Positions 19,337 to 29,072 are shown, counted from the first letter of the stretch. The stretch is DNA of 64,000 bases from Candidatus Omnitrophota bacterium (GCA_035292445.1 DATDQB010000020.1:91484-155483), one strand, 5' to 3'. Translations and numbers: made by a program. Notes: generated by a model from the sequence alone, not told the origin.

Positions 19337-19451
19337 ACCCTGCTTCGCTCCAATGTTTTCACGTTGGAGTTTCGCAGGGTTTTCCGCTGATGTGTGCTAA
19401 AATCATCAATCCGCCGAAGCTAAACGCAAAAGCAATTTAGCGAAGGCGGAA
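19337..19451. repeat. REP-like inverted doublet in the btuB leader
   Basis: Two hairpins with GAA/GAA internal loops in opposite orientation; second copy at 11310-11434. Confidence 0.85.
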
Positions 19452-19490
19452 AATAAAAAACTCTCAACCGAAATTTCTTCGATTGAGAGT
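19451..19490 (-). terminator. Intrinsic terminator (riboswitch expression platform)
   Basis: actctcaatcgaa-gaaat-ttcggttgagagt followed by a U tract on the minus strand. Confidence 0.8.
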
Positions 19491-19555
19491 GCACCCGTTT
19501 ATCTTATTCTCAATATGTGATCAACGACCTCTGTCTCGCGCAGTTTCGTTGGTTC

Positions 19556-19707
19556 TTCTATTGGGAGTGTTCTGACTCATCTAGCAGTAAGTCGTAAGCA
19601 ATAAGCAGTAAGCTTATAGCGCTTACTGCTGACCGCTTACTGCTTACAGCTAGAATCACAGTGGCGGGACCGCGCCTGATTCGCACAGGGCTTTCCTTCC
19701 AACAGAA
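19556..19707 (-). ncRNA. Cobalamin riboswitch
   Basis: Minus strand GGAA-agccctgtgcgaatcaggcgcggtCCCGCCACTGTGA...GAGTCAGAACAC; P1 ttctgttggaag/ctcccaatagaa. Confidence 0.88.
19581..19653. repeat. Heptamer (CAGTAAG) inverted-repeat hairpin inside the riboswitch
   Basis: ctag cagtaag tcgtaag caataag cagtaag ... cttactg ctgaccg cttactg cttacag ctag. Confidence 0.88.
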
Positions 19708-19716
19708 ATCGATTCT

Positions 19717-20217
19717 TTAAAGAGCACGTGCTAAAACTTTGGCTTTCATCCGAGAAGTAATCCACTCATACGCGCCAAAGAATAGAGCCATATAAACAAA
19801 TGTGCTTAGTAGCGTCGCATCAAAAAAAGGAATGGCTAAAATAAAGCAGGTCTTCAGGCCTTCGGCGGTCAACGGATAAAGCCCACCCGTCAACCACACG
19901 CCCAGGTTGCTTACGATAAAGAATAGGATGCTGGAAGCAAGCGTTGAGGCGAGGACCATCGATAAGCTCTTTCGCTTCTTGAGCCAAATGCCGATGCCGA
20001 CGATCAGCAATATGCTTCCCCACGTAAAGAACATCGTGTTATGGAAACCAATCAAAATGTCACTGATAGCCAGTAGAACCAACGGGAGTATGATCGCCTG
20101 CTTCTTCTCGAAATAAACACCGCTGAACAAGGCTATGGCGATCACGGGGGTAAAATTGGGGATATGAACAATGGCCCTGGAAAGAACACCTAGAACAATA
20201 ATGGCTAAAGCTAGCAT
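19717..20217 (-). CDS. DUF6580-like membrane protein, candidate solitary S-component-like cobalamin transporter
   Basis: R...H.PNFTPV.AIALF, SD, SSILFFIVSN, C...AIPF; B12 role inferred from context. Confidence 0.7.
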   Translation of the reverse strand: MLALAIIVLGVLSRAIVHIPNFTPVIAIALFSGVYFEKKQAIILPLVLLAISDILIGFHNTMFFTWGSILLIVGIGIWLKKRKSLSMVLASTLASSILFFIVSNLGVWLTGGLYPLTAEGLKTCFILAIPFFDATLLSTFVYMALFFGAYEWITSRMKAKVLARAL

Positions 20218-20240
20218 ATTTTCCCTTTCAATTAATCATT

Positions 20241-20269
20241 AATATAATTATTCCGTTGCGATTCGTCAA
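20241..20269 (-). promoter_or_regulatory. Sigma70-like promoter
   Basis: TTGACG-N17-TATATT. Confidence 0.6.
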
Positions 20270-20272
20270 GCG

Positions 20273-21346
20273 TTATTTCTTCGATTCCTGCCAACGGGAA
20301 ATATTATTTTCATGGATCTGCTCGATAGTTTCTTTAAGCGTATAGCGCTGCTGCCATTGAGGGTAGTGCCCTTTAAATTTCTTGAGGCTGCTTAAATACC
20401 AAATATGATCCCCGATACGGTTGGTTTCCGAAATAGTATAGTTCAATTTATTTCCGGAAATTTTCTCGCACAGCTCGATCGCCTCTAACATCGAGCAGTT
20501 ATTGAGGCGGCCGCCGCCGATGTTGTAGACTTCGCCCACGCGCGGGTCTTTGTAGAATTCATCAAAGGCCGTGATCAGATCATAACTGTGAATATTGTCC
20601 CGCACCTGCTTTCCCTTATAACCGAGGATCGTATAAGGCTGTCCGGTGACAGCGCATTTCATCAGATACGCCAAAAAGCCATGCAGCATCGCCCCCGAAT
20701 GCCGCGGGCCCGTCAGGCAACCTCCGCGGAAGCAGACTGTCTTCATGTCAAAATACCGGCCGTATTCCTGCACCAAGATATCCGCCGCTGCCTTTGACGC
20801 GCCAAATAGAGAATGCTTGCACTGATCAATGCTCATCGACTCATCGATGCCATCGTAAAATATATGGTCTTCAGGAAGTTCATAACGCAACTTCCCTTCA
20901 ATTAACGGCAGGTCGTTGGGCAGATCCCCATAGACTTTATTCGTGCTGGTGAAGATGAAGACGGCCTGATAGCAATATTGGTGGCTTAACTCCAGCAAAT
21001 TCAGCGTGCCGTTGGCATTGACCGTAAAATCCGTGAGCGGCTCTTTGACCGCCCAGTCATGCGAGGGCTGCGCGGCGGTATGGATGATCAATTTTATATC
21101 TTTGTTATATTTCTTAAAGATCCGCTCTAATCTTTTGTAGTTACGGATGTCAACGTTATAATGGCGGAACCTCTTTATCTTTTCTTCCAGCATCTTCAAG
21201 TTCCAGTCGGTCGAACCATCGGGCCCGAAGAAATACTCGCGCATGTTGTTGTCGATGCCGACGACCTTCATGCCCCTACCGGCGAAATATTCGACCGCTT
21301 CGGAGCCAATCAAGCCTGAGGAACCTGTTATGATCGCAATATCCAT
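20273..21346 (-). CDS. CDP-paratose 2-epimerase-like NAD-dependent epimerase
   Basis: [33 protein letters not shown]. Confidence 0.85.
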   Translation of the reverse strand: MDIAIITGSSGLIGSEAVEYFAGRGMKVVGIDNNMREYFFGPDGSTDWNLKMLEEKIKRFRHYNVDIRNYKRLERIFKKYNKDIKLIIHTAAQPSHDWAVKEPLTDFTVNANGTLNLLELSHQYCYQAVFIFTSTNKVYGDLPNDLPLIEGKLRYELPEDHIFYDGIDESMSIDQCKHSLFGASKAAADILVQEYGRYFDMKTVCFRGGCLTGPRHSGAMLHGFLAYLMKCAVTGQPYTILGYKGKQVRDNIHSYDLITAFDEFYKDPRVGEVYNIGGGRLNNCSMLEAIELCEKISGNKLNYTISETNRIGDHIWYLSSLKKFKGHYPQWQQRYTLKETIEQIHENNISRWQESKK

Positions 21347-21418
21347 GAAAACCCTTGAATCTTTCGAGCTGCCCTTTTATGATAATGACATTATCAGGAT
21401 AATCGAACGAAGTGAATT

Positions 21419-22291
21419 ATGCAAAAGATAAAAGAACTTTTTAAACCAGAGAAAAAGACGATTTCCTTCGAGCTTTTTCCCCCTAAGACCGACAAAGGCT
21501 ACGAGAACCTGTTGGACACAATCGCCCAACTGGCCGAATTAAAGCCTGATTTCATCTCCTGTACCTACGGCGCCGGCGGGGGAAACCGCGACAAGACGAT
21601 GGACATCGTGCAGCACATCGAGGAAAAACATAAAATCATCGGGCTCGCCCATTTGACATGCGTCCTGCACACCAAAGATGAGCTTAAGGCCATCCTTGGA
21701 AACATCCGCTCACGCGGCATTAAAAATATCCTTGCCCTTCACGGCGACCCCCCGCAAGACCATCCCGATTGGAAGCCGGGACCGGATAATTTCAAATACA
21801 GCAGCGAATTGGTGAGCTTTATCCGTAAACTTTTTGGCGATTATTTCGGGATCGCAGTGGCCGGTTTCCCCGAAGGCCATCTTCTGTGTAAAGACAGAAA
21901 TAAAGACGCTCAATATCTGAAAATGAAGATCGACGCCGGCGCGGATTTTGTCATCACGCAGATATACTTTGATAACAAAGACTATTTCGAATATGTCGAA
22001 CGCTTGAAGAAATTGGGCGTGACAAACCGCGTTATTCCGGGGATCCTTCCCATTACCGATTATGAAAAGCTGCAGCGCTTCTGCAATCTTTGCGGGGCAA
22101 CGATCACCGATAACGTGAAAAAGATCTTCGAACCCATCAGAAACGACCCGGAGGCGACCCTCAAGGCGGGAATTGATTTCGCGGTCAAACAGTGCCGGGA
22201 ATTGTTAAAAGGCGGGGCGGCGGGATTACACTTTTACAGCCTGAATAAAGCCCATCCGACCGATAGTATCCTAAAAGCCATCCGGGACTAA
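21419..22291 (+). CDS. metF: 5,10-methylenetetrahydrofolate reductase
   Basis: SFELFPPK, TYGAGG, HLTC, ITQIYFD, GLHFYSLN. Confidence 0.95.
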   Translation: MQKIKELFKPEKKTISFELFPPKTDKGYENLLDTIAQLAELKPDFISCTYGAGGGNRDKTMDIVQHIEEKHKIIGLAHLTCVLHTKDELKAILGNIRSRGIKNILALHGDPPQDHPDWKPGPDNFKYSSELVSFIRKLFGDYFGIAVAGFPEGHLLCKDRNKDAQYLKMKIDAGADFVITQIYFDNKDYFEYVERLKKLGVTNRVIPGILPITDYEKLQRFCNLCGATITDNVKKIFEPIRNDPEATLKAGIDFAVKQCRELLKGGAAGLHFYSLNKAHPTDSILKAIRD

Positions 22292-22731
22292 TCATTGCCG
22301 AAAAATTCCTTCTTGAATTGCAGCACTTCCTTTATCTTTCCTATTAAATCAAGGCCGTCGATTGTCTTCACGACATAATCGTTCACGCCTTCGATACGGA
22401 AAATATCTTTCATCCCTTCCTTCATCGTAAAAACGATGATGGGGATCTCCTTCTTCTCTTGCGAGCGCCGCAACTCCCGGACAAAGGTGTGGCCGTCCAT
22501 CCGGGGCATGTGGATATCCAGCAAGATAATATCGGGATCGGGATATTTGTGGCGATCCTGATATTTTTCCTTATGCTGCAGGTACGCCAATGCCTCTTCT
22601 CCGTTTACCACACGATGCACATGGCAAGAAAACTTTTGCTTCTCGAAGGCACGAAGGATGATCTTCACATCCGTTTCGCTGTCTTCGACCAAAAGAACCT
22701 CAATGGGCTTTTCTTTTTGCTGTTGGCGCAT
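22288..22731 (-). CDS. Single-domain response regulator
   Basis: LLVEDS, LLDIHMPRMDG. Confidence 0.85.
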   Translation of the reverse strand: MRQQQKEKPIEVLLVEDSETDVKIILRAFEKQKFSCHVHRVVNGEEALAYLQHKEKYQDRHKYPDPDIILLDIHMPRMDGHTFVRELRRSQEKKEIPIIVFTMKEGMKDIFRIEGVNDYVVKTIDGLDLIGKIKEVLQFKKEFFGND

Positions 22732-23348
22732 TATCCCGCTTTGGCTTCAATCTCGACAATGACATTGACGACATCATCAACGACAAGCCCGCCGCTATCG
22801 AGCGTTTTGTTCCATTTGATATCGAAATCCTGACGGTTAATCTGAATCTGGCCGGCAATACCGATAACATCCGCGCCCGATGTGCCCTTAACAGGCCCGG
22901 CAATCGTCACGGGGATAGTAACGCTCTTTGTCACGCCTTTCATGGTCAGGTCCCCGACAATCGCCGTTCCACCTTCTGTTTTCTCAAGCCGGGCATTTGT
23001 AAAGGTGATCTGAGGATGCGTGGCCACGTCAAAAAAGTCAGCGCTCTTTAAATGATTGTCCCTGGATTCATTTTTCGTATCAATGCTGGCCGCATCGATG
23101 GTGACGTTAGCGCTGAAAGCTTGATCATTGTTAGGATCAAGGGTAATTTGGCCGTTGAAAGTGTCAAAAGCGCCCCTGGTCGTACCAACCACCATGTGCT
23201 TGACGGCGAAACCTAAGGTGGAATGCGCCGCATCAACCTCGTAGGTTTTGGCCTGCGCTTGTTCCATCATGGCCGCTTCATCGGCGCTACTGAAAGATGC
23301 CGCCATCAAAAAAACAGCTGTAATGATTAATAGGTTTAACTTTTTCAT
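22731..23348 (-). CDS. yceI: YceI-family periplasmic protein
   Basis: Signal peptide, D..HS...F.VKH, RDNHLKS.DFF. Confidence 0.92.
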   Translation of the reverse strand: MKKLNLLIITAVFLMAASFSSADEAAMMEQAQAKTYEVDAAHSTLGFAVKHMVVGTTRGAFDTFNGQITLDPNNDQAFSANVTIDAASIDTKNESRDNHLKSADFFDVATHPQITFTNARLEKTEGGTAIVGDLTMKGVTKSVTIPVTIAGPVKGTSGADVIGIAGQIQINRQDFDIKWNKTLDSGGLVVDDVVNVIVEIEAKAG

Positions 23349-23367
23349 AACTTCCCCTTTCTTTTTT

Positions 23368-23423
23368 GTACGGGAGCCTGTCTCAGGCCCCCTCCGAAGG
23401 GCGGCTGGGACAGCCGCCCCTAC
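23368..23423. repeat. GTAG-type REP doublet (REPIN-like)
   Basis: GTACgggagcctgtctcaggccccc ... gggcggctgggacagccgcccCTAC. Confidence 0.7.
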
Positions 23424-24097
23424 AATAATATCAACATAACCGCCTGATACATAAAATACCCCGCCGCCGCCAATAAGATCACACCGGCGATCTGTTTAAT
23501 ACGCACCAACCATGCTCCGGATCTGGGAAGGTTAGCCAAAATGCCGCTAAAGGTACCGACCAAGATGAGCGATGCCCCAAGGCCATACGAAAAGACGAAC
23601 ATCAAGCTCACCGCATGCCAGATGTTTTGCTGGGAGGCCGTGTAAAGAAGGAGCGTCCCCAAAACAGGCGCCGTGCACGGCCCGATCACCAAGCCGGAGG
23701 CCATGCCAAAGACAATAACGGTCCAAACGTTCTTCGCTTTGATGTGCTCATGGAAAGAAAGCCCCAGGGTGGGCATCGGTATCTTATCAAACATCGCCAA
23801 CGCGAAAACCAACAAAAGTAAGCTGACAATGAAATAAACAAAGGGGTGGTTCTGAAATTGCCCGAATACTTTTCCCGTCAAAGAGGCAAAGATAGCCAAA
23901 GCGCTATACGTTATGGCGATACCAAAGACATAAATCAGGGAAATAACAAACCCCATTAACCTGCTGCCTTTGGTGTTTATCCCGGCGATAAACCCGGCGG
24001 TCAAAGGAAGGACCGGATAAACGCAAGGCGTGAAACTGACCAACACCCCGCCCCAAAACACGACCACATAATCAAATAAGTTTCCGGAAAGCTGCAT
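23420..24097 (-). CDS. ccdA: CcdA/DsbD-beta thiol-disulfide transporter
   Basis: SFTPCVYP and GPCTAP. Confidence 0.88.
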   Translation of the reverse strand: MQLSGNLFDYVVVFWGGVLVSFTPCVYPVLPLTAGFIAGINTKGSRLMGFVISLIYVFGIAITYSALAIFASLTGKVFGQFQNHPFVYFIVSLLLLVFALAMFDKIPMPTLGLSFHEHIKAKNVWTVIVFGMASGLVIGPCTAPVLGTLLLYTASQQNIWHAVSLMFVFSYGLGASLILVGTFSGILANLPRSGAWLVRIKQIAGVILLAAAGYFMYQAVMLILL

Positions 24098-24119
24098 CTA
24101 TGTGTATGTATCTGTCCTA

Positions 24120-25244
24120 TTACTGGATTAAAACGCCGCTGCGGGATGTAAAAATGCGATCGCGTATTTTTAAAATAGGCATTTCGACCAATTTCGCCAT
24201 CCCGATACCCACCACCAGGGAACCGGCGATAAAAAAGGTCAATTCCAACAAATAAGGTATCGACTTTTGAACAAGACCCCTTAATAAGGGTAAACCCCAA
24301 ATCAAGACCACCATGTGCCATAAATAGATAGAGTAAGAATAATACCCGATATTCCCTAAAATTTCTACTATTTTATACCTTCGCAACGTGTTCTCATTCA
24401 GGCAGTATAAACTCAATATCATCAGACCTCCGAAACCGACATAAAGCATCGTCAACCCAAAGCTCTGCAGGAAGCGGCTGGTGCTGATGCTCTTTATAAG
24501 CATTGGAAGAATACAAATAACACTCAGTAAAAGAAGCCCGTAACGATACTTTAGTATCAACTCTTTGAAACGCTGGTAATGAAAGTGATGCAGATAAGAC
24601 AATAAAACGCCGAAGAACAACGCATCGATCCTTAGATGCGTCGGGTATAAGTGGAACCAGACGAAAAACCGGGGGACATACAAAGAGGTGATCACCCTTA
24701 AACCTAAGACAAAGACGGCTAAAATAAAATAAAGCTGGACCAACGGCAATAACGCATTGGTTTTATTGGTCTTGGTATACACCAGCACCAATAAGCCTAA
24801 CAGAAGGTAAAAATGCTCCTCGACGGCCAGCGACCACGTATGCCCCCATAAAGAACCGATGTAATTCTGTATATAAAAGAGCTCCCCGAGGATTTGCCTC
24901 CCGGAAGGCCGGGTATCCGTCAAAAACGGCGAAACAATAAGAGTAACCGTCACCAGTACATAAAATCCGGGGTATATCTTTAATCCCCGCCGAACCAAGA
25001 AGCGCACAAAATCAAACTGACCAAAACGCATATATTCTCTAAAGATAAGGCCTGAAACCAAAAAGCCGCTGATCACAAAGAACAGATCGACGCCGATCCA
25101 GCCGCTCATATGCAACCGTCCAACGATCCAGCGCGTAAAACCGTCAACGGATACGGGCAGCGAAGGCAAATGCCGCCCGAACACCAGCAATACGGCGATG
25201 GCCCGCAGCACATCTAATTGGATAAAGCGTTTCGGATGGTCCAT
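24120..25244 (-). CDS. Acyltransferase-3 (OafA-like) O-acetyltransferase
   Basis: LDVLRAIA, GVDLFFVISG, WSLAVEEHFY, SYSIYLWH. Confidence 0.92.
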   Translation of the reverse strand: MDHPKRFIQLDVLRAIAVLLVFGRHLPSLPVSVDGFTRWIVGRLHMSGWIGVDLFFVISGFLVSGLIFREYMRFGQFDFVRFLVRRGLKIYPGFYVLVTVTLIVSPFLTDTRPSGRQILGELFYIQNYIGSLWGHTWSLAVEEHFYLLLGLLVLVYTKTNKTNALLPLVQLYFILAVFVLGLRVITSLYVPRFFVWFHLYPTHLRIDALFFGVLLSYLHHFHYQRFKELILKYRYGLLLLSVICILPMLIKSISTSRFLQSFGLTMLYVGFGGLMILSLYCLNENTLRRYKIVEILGNIGYYSYSIYLWHMVVLIWGLPLLRGLVQKSIPYLLELTFFIAGSLVVGIGMAKLVEMPILKIRDRIFTSRSGVLIQ

Positions 25245-25351
25245 TGTTTACCCTATTATACAAATACCCAGGGCCATTTAACCATGAAAATTCTTTCCAT
25301 CATTTTTCCGTTATGATATCATCAACATATTCATTCAACTACCCCTATCCC

Positions 25352-26131
25352 ATGACCAAAACGGATCTTATCTTCTGGACCGCCTATACCGGCACCCTCA
25401 GCTGCCTGGCTACCGGCTTGGGGGCCATTCCCGTCCATTTCGTTAAAAACAACTCAAAGATCGTCCGAGGCTTCGCCTCCGCCATTGCCGCGGGCATGAT
25501 GATCTCGGCTTCCGTTTTTTCGCTGGCCCAAGAAGGCATTTCATTAAAGGATAAATTCCCGATGGCCCCTTACATCGTCATTTTGGGGCTTCTGCTGGGG
25601 GCGGCGTTCTTTCGCTGGACCGACGCAAAATTTTCAACGACCAATCATTTTTACAAATATTACGTTAATCGGGGTTTAACCAGAAGGACCATGCTTATCT
25701 TTATGGCGATGTTCATCCACTCCATCCCCGAGGGGATCGCCATTGGCGTTGCCTTCGCCACGGGAAATATGGAATTCGGGCTGATCATGGCCATTGCCAT
25801 TGCCGTCCACAACATCCCCGAAGGAATCGCGGTTTCCTTGCCCCTAAAAGCCGACGGCGCCTCCACCTCTCGCTGCGCCTACGCTTCCATTCTCACCAGC
25901 ATCCCGCAACCGATCATGGCTGTGCCTTCGGCGCTATTAGCCTGGTTTTTCGAACCACTTCTTCCTATCGGTCTTGGATTTGCCGGCGGGGCGATGATTT
26001 ATCTGACCATTTCAGAGCTTATTCCGGATGCGCTCGAAGAAGGCGGCCCCAGCTTAACCGCCTGGGGCGTCATGGTTGGCCTGTGCGGCATGCTTCTGAT
26101 AACGACCGTGTTAGGGTCAATTTCCTATTAA
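25352..26131 (+). CDS. ZIP (ZupT/GufA) metal transporter
   Basis: HSIPEG, HNIPEG, ELIP; start placed at MTKTD. Confidence 0.9.
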   Translation: MTKTDLIFWTAYTGTLSCLATGLGAIPVHFVKNNSKIVRGFASAIAAGMMISASVFSLAQEGISLKDKFPMAPYIVILGLLLGAAFFRWTDAKFSTTNHFYKYYVNRGLTRRTMLIFMAMFIHSIPEGIAIGVAFATGNMEFGLIMAIAIAVHNIPEGIAVSLPLKADGASTSRCAYASILTSIPQPIMAVPSALLAWFFEPLLPIGLGFAGGAMIYLTISELIPDALEEGGPSLTAWGVMVGLCGMLLITTVLGSISY

Positions 26132-26179
26132 ATTCTTCCACTTTCACTTCATCTGAAAATCAATTTTAAGGAAGACTGG

Positions 26180-26677
26180 CTATTTAATGCTGGCGATCTT
26201 GACATCAAAATTGAGTGTTTGACCGGCCAGCGGGTGATTAAAATTCACAACGACCGCTTCCTCTTTGATCTCCTGGACAATGCCGGGATAGGCATTACCC
26301 TCAGGGTCCTGCAGCTCAATGACCATTCCGACTTCATAAGCGAAATCGGCAGGAAAATTGGTTTTAGGGATATCTTTAACGGCTTCCTCAATAACAGGGC
26401 CATACGCTTCTTCCGGAGCGACCGTCACTTTTTTTTCTTCCCCGACCTTCATGCCTTCTAACGCTTTTTCTAGACCCGGAATGATTTTCCCTTCCCCATG
26501 GATATATTCAATGGGACTTTTACCTTCCGTCGATTCAACGACCTCATTATTGATCGTCAGCGTGTAATCGAACTGGATTGTTTTACCTTTCTCAATCATT
26601 TCTTCCCCGAAGGCCACATTCGTGACCGCAAGAAAAAATACTACTCCAACCAAACCGCTTAAAACCTTTCTGTTCAT
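26180..26677 (-). CDS. SlyD-type FKBP peptidyl-prolyl isomerase with signal peptide
   Basis: IIPGLEKAL, PEEAYG, FNHPLAG; hydrophobic N-terminus. Confidence 0.88.
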   Translation of the reverse strand: MNRKVLSGLVGVVFFLAVTNVAFGEEMIEKGKTIQFDYTLTINNEVVESTEGKSPIEYIHGEGKIIPGLEKALEGMKVGEEKKVTVAPEEAYGPVIEEAVKDIPKTNFPADFAYEVGMVIELQDPEGNAYPGIVQEIKEEAVVVNFNHPLAGQTLNFDVKIASIK

Positions 26678-26706
26678 TTTCGACCCCTCTCATTGGTTAA
26701 ACGTCG

Positions 26707-27402
26707 TCATTTATGCAACAACTTCCATGGGTTGATCTTTAGATCCTGGGTTAATTCTTTGATGTTGACGGATGTCTCGTTAAGGTTGGCGATGATTTGA
26801 TCAATATGTTCATCGTTGTTTTGCAAACGCTCATCGACGGATTGGGTCAGGGAAGATAAATGGCCGGTAAGCGAGTTCAGTTGCGCCAAAATTTTATCGA
26901 TATTTTCCTTATTAAGCTCCAGGCGTTCGTTCAAATTCTTGGTGATGCCCTCCATTTCAACAGCGATGCCGTGGCCTTTGGAAACCAGCTCATCGAAACT
27001 GGGCGGGTCCTCACCGATGATCAAAGATCCCGATGGTAAAACACCCCCCTGGACATCGCCGGAGGTCAAACCTATAAATTTTTCACCCATCAAGCCTAAG
27101 TTCTTGACGTACGCCTTGGACCCTTCACGGACCATCGCTTTGTCATTGACCCACAATGTTAACTCGATTCTGGTCTGATTGTCAACATCTTTGATGGCGA
27201 TATCCTCAACGACACCGACCTCCAGCCCGTTGAACATGACCGGTGAATTCAAATTGACCCCGTTGATATCATTGAACTGCACCTTTAAGTTGTATCCTCC
27301 CCTGGCCAGATTGAAATTTCCGGCGCCAACGGTAAAAAGGGCCAGGATCACAAACACAACAACGACCATGATGCCGATTTTAGTCTCATTATTCAATTTC
27401 AT
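26707..27402 (-). CDS. mlaD: MCE/MlaD protein
   Basis: ETKIG TM helix, GV....PV...G..VG.V, GLMGEKFI; start ATG 27402. Confidence 0.85.
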   Translation of the reverse strand: MKLNNETKIGIMVVVVFVILALFTVGAGNFNLARGGYNLKVQFNDINGVNLNSPVMFNGLEVGVVEDIAIKDVDNQTRIELTLWVNDKAMVREGSKAYVKNLGLMGEKFIGLTSGDVQGGVLPSGSLIIGEDPPSFDELVSKGHGIAVEMEGITKNLNERLELNKENIDKILAQLNSLTGHLSSLTQSVDERLQNNDEHIDQIIANLNETSVNIKELTQDLKINPWKLLHK

Positions 27403-27409
27403 CTGAAAA

Positions 27410-27492
27410 CTCCCGTCATTTTTCTTCATTTCCTTATTCAGGAAGGAAATGACGAGGCTCGTCCGATCGCCCCGGCGGGCGGACGGCCTCGC
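27410..27492 (-). repeat. Two-hairpin leader element, copy 1
   Basis: Shares ctcccg-tcatttttc-tcatttcctt...aaggaaatga-cgaggctcg with 44883-44978. Confidence 0.75.
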
Positions 27493-27502
27493 TTTTCAGT
27501 TT

Positions 27503-28267
27503 TTAAGTTAAGTGAATCGGGCCTTCCAACGCCCCGGTGATAAATTGCTTAACAATCGGGTTGCTCGAATGCTTGATCTCATCGGGCGTGCCCACCTCCA
27601 GGAGTTTCCCCTGATACAGCATCCCCACCCGATCCGCGATACGAAACACGCTTTCCATATTATGCGTGACCACAACGGATGTCAGCTTTAATTTCTTGGT
27701 CAGATCCAGGATTAATTTATCGATGACCGCGCAGGCGACCGGATCCAACCCGGCCGTCGGCTCATCGTAGAAAACCACCTCCGGGTCCATGGCGATCGCC
27801 CTCGCCACCCCGACGCGCTTTCTCATCCCTCCCGAAAGCATGCTTGGGTAATAATTCTCAAAACCCGCCAAACCAACCAAGCTCAATTTCATCTTGGCAA
27901 TAATACGGATGATCTTCGAATCCAAATTCGTGTGTTCCTTCAAGGGCAAACTGACGTTTTCCTCAACGGTCAAAAAATCCAACAATGCCGCGGATTGAAA
28001 ACTCATGCCGAAACGCCGTTTGAGCTGTTCCTCCTGAAGGTCATCCAAGACTTTTAAATCTTTGTCATCAAACAATATCTTCCCCAAACTCGGTTTAATG
28101 GCCCCCGTCATGATACGAAGCATGGTGCTTTTGCCGCTGCCGCTTCCCCCCATAATGACGAACGTCTCCCCTTTGTAGATATCAAGGGAGACGTTGTCCA
28201 AGACTTTGCGGCCCTCGAAAGCCTGGGAAATATTTTGCGCGGATATGGCAATTTTTTTATCGCTCAT
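27503..28267 (-). CDS. mlaF: MlaF-type ABC ATPase
   Basis: GGSGSGKS, LSGGMRKR, YDEPTAGLDP. Confidence 0.92.
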   Translation of the reverse strand: MSDKKIAISAQNISQAFEGRKVLDNVSLDIYKGETFVIMGGSGSGKSTMLRIMTGAIKPSLGKILFDDKDLKVLDDLQEEQLKRRFGMSFQSAALLDFLTVEENVSLPLKEHTNLDSKIIRIIAKMKLSLVGLAGFENYYPSMLSGGMRKRVGVARAIAMDPEVVFYDEPTAGLDPVACAVIDKLILDLTKKLKLTSVVVTHNMESVFRIADRVGMLYQGKLLEVGTPDEIKHSSNPIVKQFITGALEGPIHLT

Positions 28268-28268
28268 G

Positions 28269-29069
28269 TCATAAATCCGAGAAAAAATAAATTCCCGTTA
28301 AGATACAATCGGCGATGATAATAAGCACAAAGCTGGTAACCACACTGACCGTGGTGGCTCTTCCCACCCCGACGGCGCCTCCTTGCGTTTGCAGCCCCTG
28401 ATACGAGCCGACAATGGCAATGATCATGGCAAAAATAATCGATTTCGACAGGCCCGTATAAATGTCTCTGAGCTCCAAAAAATCGAACGCTGTTTGAAGA
28501 TAAAGCCCGGAGTTGATATTCAGATTAAAAACGCCGATTAAATATCCTCCAAGAAATCCAGAGGCATCGCCCAGCACCGTCAGGCACGGCAGCATAAAAA
28601 ACAAAGACAAGAATTTGGGAACGACCAGATAACGGACCGGACTAATGGCCATCGTGTCCAATGCTTCGATCTGCTCATTGACATTCATCGAGCCGATTTC
28701 CGCCGTAATGGCCGCGCCGATACGCCCCGCAACGACCAACGCCGTCAAAACCGGGCCCAGCTCACGGCAAATCGATATGGTCACCAAACTCGCCACATAA
28801 AAAACCGCTCCCATCTTCTCCAACTGGGGCGCCGATTGCATGGCCAGCACGACACCAGTAAAAAGCATGACAAAAAAAACAATGATAATCGACTGAATCC
28901 CCATAAAGACCATCTGGGCGAAAACTTCCCCCCACTTGATCGGTTTCTTGCGAAACGGCCCGACGAAGACCCAATACAGCGTTTCAATGATCAACTCCAA
29001 CGATTTAAAGAAGACCCGGACCCAATGCAGGATGGTCTTACCGATATTTTCAAAAATATTCATAAACAA
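28269..29069 (-). CDS. mlaE: MlaE-type ABC permease
   Basis: RELGPVLTALVVAGRIG...EQIEAL. Confidence 0.92.
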   Translation of the reverse strand: MFMNIFENIGKTILHWVRVFFKSLELIIETLYWVFVGPFRKKPIKWGEVFAQMVFMGIQSIIIVFFVMLFTGVVLAMQSAPQLEKMGAVFYVASLVTISICRELGPVLTALVVAGRIGAAITAEIGSMNVNEQIEALDTMAISPVRYLVVPKFLSLFFMLPCLTVLGDASGFLGGYLIGVFNLNINSGLYLQTAFDFLELRDIYTGLSKSIIFAMIIAIVGSYQGLQTQGGAVGVGRATTVSVVTSFVLIIIADCILTGIYFFSDL

Positions 29070-29072
29070 CGA

